Under the pieces are notes generated by a model. That model was given only the letters and a program-made list of their open reading frames with translations, did no database searches and was not told where the DNA came from. A DNA stretch of 64,000 nucleotides, from contig OZ024740.1 of NCBI GenBank assembly GCA_964016885.1, positions 99,696,001 through 99,760,000 on the forward strand, read 5' to 3'. The translations under genes were made by a program, and so were the position numbers. This document shows, piece by piece, positions 56,139 to 64,000 of the stretch. This stretch comes from Eledone cirrhosa. Taxonomy: Eukaryota. Numbering within the stretch: the stretch's first letter is position 1; every line of letters begins with the position of its first letter.

Positions 56139-56413
56139 AGCAAAAGGGATATTCTGTCTGTTGGTAATTCAACGAATATAAATGTTTATAACTGATCCAG
56201 AGAACTCGACAAGTTTTCTGGAGTATAATATTCAATGATATTAAATACATGGAAACTATATTTATAAAACCATATTTATTCTATTATATTTAATTCAAGG
56301 GTATGGTACCGTTAAGGTATCTTTTCTTGGTTATGTCAAAATTTATAAAACAAACTTTGAAAGCGTATCAAAATGTTGGTACCCTTGAAATATATATAAT
56401 AGAATAGATATGG

Positions 56414-56478
<65 letters not shown>

Positions 56479-56482
<4 letters not shown>

Positions 56483-56990
56483 AAAGAATAGAGGTGTAAC
56501 ACACAAGTTATTATATATTGGTAAACGGAATAGAAAATGCTGACAAATTGTTCACAGTTGAAAAATGGTTTAATTAGGAATAAAAGAGTATTAGTGATTG
56601 TATGGGTTAGTATTCAGTTGTGGTTTTAAGTTTTTAAGTTTTTACCGGTTGCGCATTTCTAAATGCTTTTCAAAAATAATTTTGAGATAGAGTGTCCGTG
56701 CTGTTTGCTCTGATCTGATTAGTTTTGGGAATTCTACCTGTTTTTATGTTAAAAAAGTGGCTCCAACGTTATTTTTGTGTTGCAAAAATGCTTGTGGTCA
56801 AAACAATTTTGATTGGTCGGTCGAGGTCATGTGAATGTAAAAAGTTGATTTTGCGCCAAGACTGTTTTTATGTTAAAAAAGTGGCTCCAGCAAAAATTCT
56901 TGGTCAAAACAATTTTGATTGGTCGGTAGAGGTCATGTGGATAAAAAATTGGTTTTGCGCCAAGATTGAGAAATGACTCTTTCACAACAA

Positions 56991-57038
<48 letters not shown>

Positions 57039-57109
57039 TAGTAGTAGTAAGGTGTTCGATGCTGCGACAATGGCCAGCAGCGATGTGTGTCAAATGGCTA
57101 TTAAGATGA

Positions 57110-57164
<55 letters not shown>

Positions 57165-57451
57165 GCAGAGTCATTCGAAGGTCAAAAGATATTTTTCAGC
57201 TTTTATCTTATACGGAGAAGTGCGTGTGTGTGTGTGTGTGTGTGTATAAGTCTCTTTGTATGTTGATGTACGCGTGTGTATGTGTTTGTGTATATGTGTG
57301 TGGGTGGACCAGTATTTTTCCCCCCCTGGTAAAATGGTGTACATTATTCGATTTTTTCAGTAAAATCGGTTACAATCACTAATACTCTTTTATTCCTAAT
57401 TAAACCATTTTTCAACTGTGAAATATTTGTCAGCATTTTCTATTCCGTTTA

Positions 57452-57455
<4 letters not shown>
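56479..57455. mobile_element. Family F fold-back/MITE-like element with ~85-bp inverted ends
   Basis: 56518-56602 is the reverse complement of 57371-57455. (TA)n flanks. Confidence 0.8.
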
Positions 57456-57542
<87 letters not shown>

Positions 57543-57588
57543 AAATATATATATATATAGTGATAAAATTTGCTCCGGACATAACAGA

Positions 57589-57679
57589 CGTGTCTGAAAG
57601 AGCCTGCAGAAGTAGAATCAGCGAGATCCATACAAGGACCATGACTCGAGCTACCTGCCAGCGAAACATTTGTAACACG
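57589..57679 (+). ncRNA. Hammerhead motif with an 8-nt core strand (CUGAAAGA)
   Basis: cgtgt-CTGAAAGA-gc...gc-GAAA-catttg-TA-acacg. Confidence 0.65.
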
Positions 57680-57723
57680 AAATAAACCAAGTCCAGAAGC
57701 ATCACTGATTTTTCGTTTTCTTG

Positions 57724-57808
<85 letters not shown>

Positions 57809-57822
57809 ATTATTTATATATA

Positions 57823-57970
57823 ATTATTTCTGAAGACGGCATATATATGAGTTGGTATGTATTTTTAATTTTGATAGTTTGTATAATTTTGTATAATTTT
57901 GTACATAGATCTGTTAAATATACATGCCAATTCTAACACATATACATCCCAGAAACGATCGTTAAATAAT
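57823..57970 (+). ncRNA. Hammerhead ribozyme, same family as 30959-31103
   Basis: attattt-CTGAAGA...GAAA-cgatcg-TT-aaataat. The element continues to 58172. Confidence 0.75.
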
Positions 57971-58168
57971 GAACCTTTTTTTGTTTAATATAAGGAACTG
58001 TTTCATTGTTTTATTCATTATTTTTTCAATATTTTATCTTGAATCTGTATTCCGTTTATCTTTCACCGAAAGTGATTTTTCATTGCATCTCTTCTTTCCA
58101 TGATATCCGGATTACATTGAGTTCTTCATACGGATTGGACACTACCGTAAACTCTTGGTAGATTTATC

Positions 58169-59590
<1,422 letters not shown>

Positions 59591-59900
59591 AATGAAACGG
59601 AATTTCATTTCCCACTCTTAGTACGGCTGTTACTTAATATAAGTATGTACACGCACATACATATATGTATACAGACGCACAGTAGTATGTATATATATAT
59701 ACATACATGCACACATATGTATATATGTGCGTATGGATTCACCGAACATTTATTATAATGCTCGGTGTGTTTGTAATTTTTTCCGTTTATCGTTCTCGGT
59801 GCACCCGGCCGATTAACCCACTCCGTATGCAAATTGGGCTACTCAGCCGTTAATATGCATAAGGTAAGTATATACGTTCAACAATCTGGCAGGAAGGTAT

Positions 59901-59943
59901 ACGTTGCTGACGATAGCTAATAAGCTTGAAACTAGTACAGCGT
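59901..59943 (+). ncRNA. Minimal hammerhead ribozyme (family E)
   Basis: acgttg-CTGACGA-t agct aata agct t-GAAA-ctag-TA-cagcgt. Confidence 0.85.
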
Positions 59944-60195
59944 TCCTTTGTCAGTGTTGAACAAACGAGCAACGATGGTTGCTGGACACTACGGCTTAAT
60001 ACGGGATGTTTGTTTACAAACACACCGAGCATTATAATAAATGTTCGGTGAATCCATACGTACATATATATATGTGTGCATCTATGTATATATATATATA
60101 CATACTACTGTGCGTCTGTATACATATATGTATGTGCGTGTACATACTTATATATATATTGCTTATACTTTAATCTGTTATTTTAATAAATAAAT

Positions 60196-60285
<90 letters not shown>

Positions 60286-60339
60286 TATATATATATATAT
60301 ATATATAACATATATATATATATATAAATATATATATAC

Positions 60340-60427
<88 letters not shown>

Positions 60428-60707
60428 TAAATCATGTCCTTAGAATTATTAGATAAAATATATACCATTCCCTCTCCAAATTAACATAATTAACTATATA
60501 AAAAATCAATTAGACCAAGCTATAAGAATAAAGGCTCTTATGAAAAAATTTCCGACAAATAACCGAAAGCGGCCTCTTCGCGGTGGCCCCAATAGAATAT
60601 TTATCCAAAATTTTAACAGCAAGTAGAAACTGACTAAATATACCGTCAACCATACACAATTAGGTTAAAATTCAAACTCAGAAGAAATGTGTACATACCG
60701 TAATTAT

Positions 60708-60786
60708 ATCTCTACCATGGTTTCATCCGTATTTTTAGACATCCAATTAATAGGATATGTCCGGAGTATCGGATTCATCAGGAAAC
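60708..60786 (-). ncRNA. Hammerhead ribozyme
   Basis: gtttc-CTGATGA-atccg...cggat-GAAA-ccatgg-TA-gagat. Confidence 0.85.
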
Positions 60787-61403
60787 AAAATCAAATTTAG
60801 ACATTTAGTTTTCCAAAGTGATCGCGCCAAAAATAGATTAAAAAATCGCTAATAATCGTGACGTGGCAGTTGTCAAGTTAGAAAGAATGTGATTAGTTGC
60901 TTACGGCGGGTAGGCTTGTTGCTAGAAAGCGCAGCCAAATATCGCCCAATTGTATCTCAACCTAACGAGAGATTATTAAATATAAAGATTTACATATGCA
61001 TAAAGTCATAGATATATATGTTGCAACCCGTCACTTTGTGGCTCTATGAAGTATTAATAAATTAAATAAAATATTTTATCTAATAATTCTAAGGACATGA
61101 TTTATGATATATTGCTCAGATTATTTAATTTATTAATTCTTCATAGAGCCACAAAGTGACCGGTTGCAACATATATATCTATGACTTTATGTATATGAAA
61201 ACCTTTATATTTAATAATCGCCCGTTAGGTTGAGATACAATTGGGCGATATTTAGCTGCGCTTTCTAGCAACAAGCCTACACGCCGTAAGCAACTAATCA
61301 CATTCTTTCTAACTTGACCACTGTTACGTCACGATTCTTAGCCATTTTTGAATCTATTTTTAGCGCGATCACTTTGGAAAACTAAATGTCTAATTTTGAG
61401 TTA

Positions 61404-61482
61404 GTCTCCTGATGAATCCGATACTCCGGACATATCCTATTAATTGGATTTCTAAAAATACGGATGAAACCATTGTAGAGAT
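61404..61482 (+). ncRNA. Hammerhead ribozyme
   Basis: gtctc-CTGATGA-atccg...cggat-GAAA-ccattg-TA-gagat. Confidence 0.8.
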
Positions 61483-61860
61483 GTAATTACGGCATGTACA
61501 CATATCTTCTGAGTTTGAATTTGCACCTAATTGTGTGTGGTTAACGGTATATTTAGTCAGTTTCTACATGGTGTTAATATTTTGGATAAATACTCTATTG
61601 GAGTCACCGCGAAGAGGCCGCTTTCGGTTATTTGTCGGAAATTTCTTCATAAGAGCCTTTATTCTTATAGCTTGGTCTAATTGATTTTTTATATAGTTAA
61701 TTTGCTAATTGGGAGAGGAAATGGTATATATTTTATCTAATAATTCTAAGGACATGATTTATGATATATTGCTCTGATTATGTAATTTATTAATTCTTCA
61801 TAGAGCCACAAAGTGACCGGTTGCAACATATATATCTATGACTTTATGTATATGTAAACC

Positions 61861-61901
<41 letters not shown>

Positions 61902-61904
61902 CAG

Positions 61905-61951
61905 ATTCCTGATGATTTCTAAAGAATGAAACAGTTCTAGTCCTGTAGAAT
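61905..61951 (+). ncRNA. Minimal hammerhead ribozyme in a 5' pLTR
   Basis: attc-CTGATGA-tttc taaa gaat-GAAA-cag..ctg-TA-gaat. Confidence 0.8.
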
Positions 61952-62059
61952 ATCATCTATATTAAAACTTTTATACTCTGCTGTGGTAACTGTGGTTACC
62001 TCCGATTCAACCCGGAATAACGTACCTTTCAGCACTCTCTGTGCCCCTTATAACCATCA

Positions 62060-62298
62060 CCGAGAAACTATGCTGACCAAACTTGACCTTGATGTTTCCA
62101 TCCCCATCCACCCAAGGAAACTTTACATAAAAACACTCATCCGATGTACCGACGAGTTCATCAAGCGAATTAGATGTATATCTTCTTCCTCGACAACCCT
62201 GATGTAGCATCTACCAATGATGAGGAGTTCGGCTTCAAAACGAATAAGGCACCAACCACCAACAGCCTACTTCTTGAAGACCTCTTCAAGATGATCAA

Positions 62299-62302
<4 letters not shown>
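62060..62302 (+). pseudogene. N-terminus of a Penelope (Naiad-like) ORF, frameshifted and cut by (TA)n
   Basis: IPIHPRKLYIKTLI...DEFIKRIR..FFL...FGFKTNKAP...EDLFKMIKDI. Confidence 0.7.
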
Positions 62303-62380
<78 letters not shown>

Positions 62381-62384
<4 letters not shown>

Positions 62385-62521
62385 TTAATGATACTATTTA
62401 TGGTTATGTATATAATAAAACCTTTTATGGTTATATATCTTTTTTATACAAACCCCAAATAGAGAAAGATAGTCATTCATTACTATCTTATTACCAGTAA
62501 ATATATATATATATATATAAT

Positions 62522-62602
<81 letters not shown>

Positions 62603-62720
62603 TTAAGGATACTATTTATGGTTATGTATATAATAAAATCTTTTATGGTTATATATCTTTTTTATACAAACCCCAAATAGTGAAAGATAGTCATTCATTA
62701 CTATCTTATTACCAGTAAAT
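62381..62720 (+). repeat. Two ~120-bp direct repeats separated by (TA)n, each an eroded HHR-like fold
   Basis: ctattt...aaatag stem, then GAAA-gatagt...actatc-TT; the 5' core strand is degraded. Confidence 0.6.
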
Positions 62721-62728
62721 ATATATAT

Positions 62729-62820
<92 letters not shown>

Positions 62821-62840
62821 TATATATATATAAATATATA

Positions 62841-63033
62841 TAACGAAGGAAATGTGGTAACGAACCAGGTAGACCATAACGCACCAAAGTACTCAATACT
62901 TAGGGTAGTAGAGTGAGTAATAGGAACGAGTAGGTCCCCGACGGCTGAGCTCAAGCCGTTTCGACGGCTAATTCTAGTCCAGAATTAGCCGTCGAAACGG
63001 CTTGAGCTCAGCCGTCGGGGTCCTACTCGTTCC
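62841..63033. mobile_element. Family C fold-back element
   Basis: Palindrome 62923-63033 containing GAAA-cggc tt gagctc a gccg-TC. Confidence 0.8.
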
Positions 63034-63354
63034 AATAAATATATATATATATATAGTATTTTCCGTAGTGTTGTAATATGAATATTACACACAGTAGATG
63101 GACAGCTCACGTAGAGTTTGCTCGACGGTTCCAGTTGTAGTTTCAAAAGTAATCCGGAGAAAATAGAAGGATTAAAATGGATACAGTTCAGTTAAAAGGA
63201 ATTTATTGACACGTGTTTCAATAACAGTTACATAACCTGAAAACAGCTGCTTACTTACTAAAATTTCCCTCCAACTAAATTAGTTTCTGTAAGGGGATAA
63301 TCCCCCACCCCCTCTTAATATTCTCTATAAAAACCAAACAGGTTCTCAATAAAA

Positions 63355-63475
63355 TTATTCTGATGAAATGATAGTTGATAATAACATTGAAATATTGAGT
63401 GTCTGCATAATTAATACTTTGTAGATAGCAGCTGTTTTCAGGTTATGTAACTGTTATTGAAACACGTGTCAATAA
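63355..63475 (+). ncRNA. Canonical type I hammerhead ribozyme with long stem II
   Basis: ttatt-CTGATGA-aatgatagtt...aactgttatt-GAAA-cacgtg-TC-aataa. Its 3' half is repeated in inverted form at 63164-63251. Confidence 0.88.
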
Positions 63476-63514
63476 ATTCCTTTTAACTGAACTGTATCCA
63501 TTTAAATCCTTCTA

Positions 63515-63554
<40 letters not shown>

Positions 63555-63563
<9 letters not shown>

Positions 63564-63775
63564 TAAAATAACAGATAAAAGTTTAAGCAAAGAATCGCTG
63601 CTTTCACCCTTAACGGGATCTTCTGAAACTAGTTTCAGAAGATCCCGTTAAGGGTGAAAGCAGCGATTCTTTGCTTAAACTTTAATCTGTTATTTTAATA
63701 AATATTTGCTCTACGGTTCTTATATATTTGATATATATTTATCCTTATCGAGCCATCTTTGGATTTTAGTCTTGG
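63555..63775. mobile_element. Family D palindrome with back-to-back HHR-like motifs (63580-63630 minus; 63631-63681 plus)
   Basis: Loop-less palindrome centred between 63630 and 63631. Confidence 0.85.
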
Positions 63776-63788
63776 AATTTATTATTAT

Positions 63789-63840
<52 letters not shown>

Positions 63841-63911
63841 CTGTTTCTACTTTAGGTACAAGGCCAGCAAATACCCAGTGCATTACTGGTACTTTATTTT
63901 ATAGACCCCGT
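63841..63911 (-). mobile_element. SINE S1 3' fragment
   Basis: Homology to S1. Confidence 0.8.
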
Positions 63912-64000
63912 TTTATATAAATATATATAACGGCGATGAATTAGTTTTGCGAGGTTTTTATATGAAATCGTGTGTCGAAACAAATATTGTTATACTTGGG

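Larger units (their letters stand above)
60423..61869. mobile_element. Inverted plus tandem retrozyme-like element (~657-bp monomer)
   Basis: 60423-61069 is the reverse complement of 61120-61768, and 61071-61212 is repeated at 61728-61869. Confidence 0.85.

Noticed and set aside
56185-56290. HHR-like layout shared with 31700-31800
   Set aside because: The core (CTGATCC or CTGATAT) and stem III are too degraded to call.

Overview
AT-rich eukaryotic DNA dense in (TA)n, (CA)n and (GAT)n microsatellites. The SINE and RTE repertoire resembles an octopus (cephalopod) genome, which is an inference. No host protein-coding gene can be supported. The window is mostly mobile DNA: a Penelope-like retroelement ORF (RT with YRDD, CxCx5C, GIY-YIG; Naiad-like) plus three Penelope relics, RTE LINEs with a PHD-type finger inside the ORF, CR1, Tx1-like and RLE-type relics, tRNA-derived SINEs with target-site duplications, Helitron/HINE-like elements and piggyBac-like MITEs. 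The main signal the ORF track misses is about 20 intact or degenerate type I hammerhead ribozyme (HHR) motifs from more than 10 unrelated short families, almost all sitting in or next to (TA)n tracts. They occur in fold-back palindromes that often turn at the 5' edge of the ribozyme, and in terminally redundant 520-660 bp monomers resembling retrozymes or circular-RNA copies. Several have non-canonical cores, including two independent U3-A8 compensatory variants. All RNA folds were derived by eye and need computational and biochemical confirmation.
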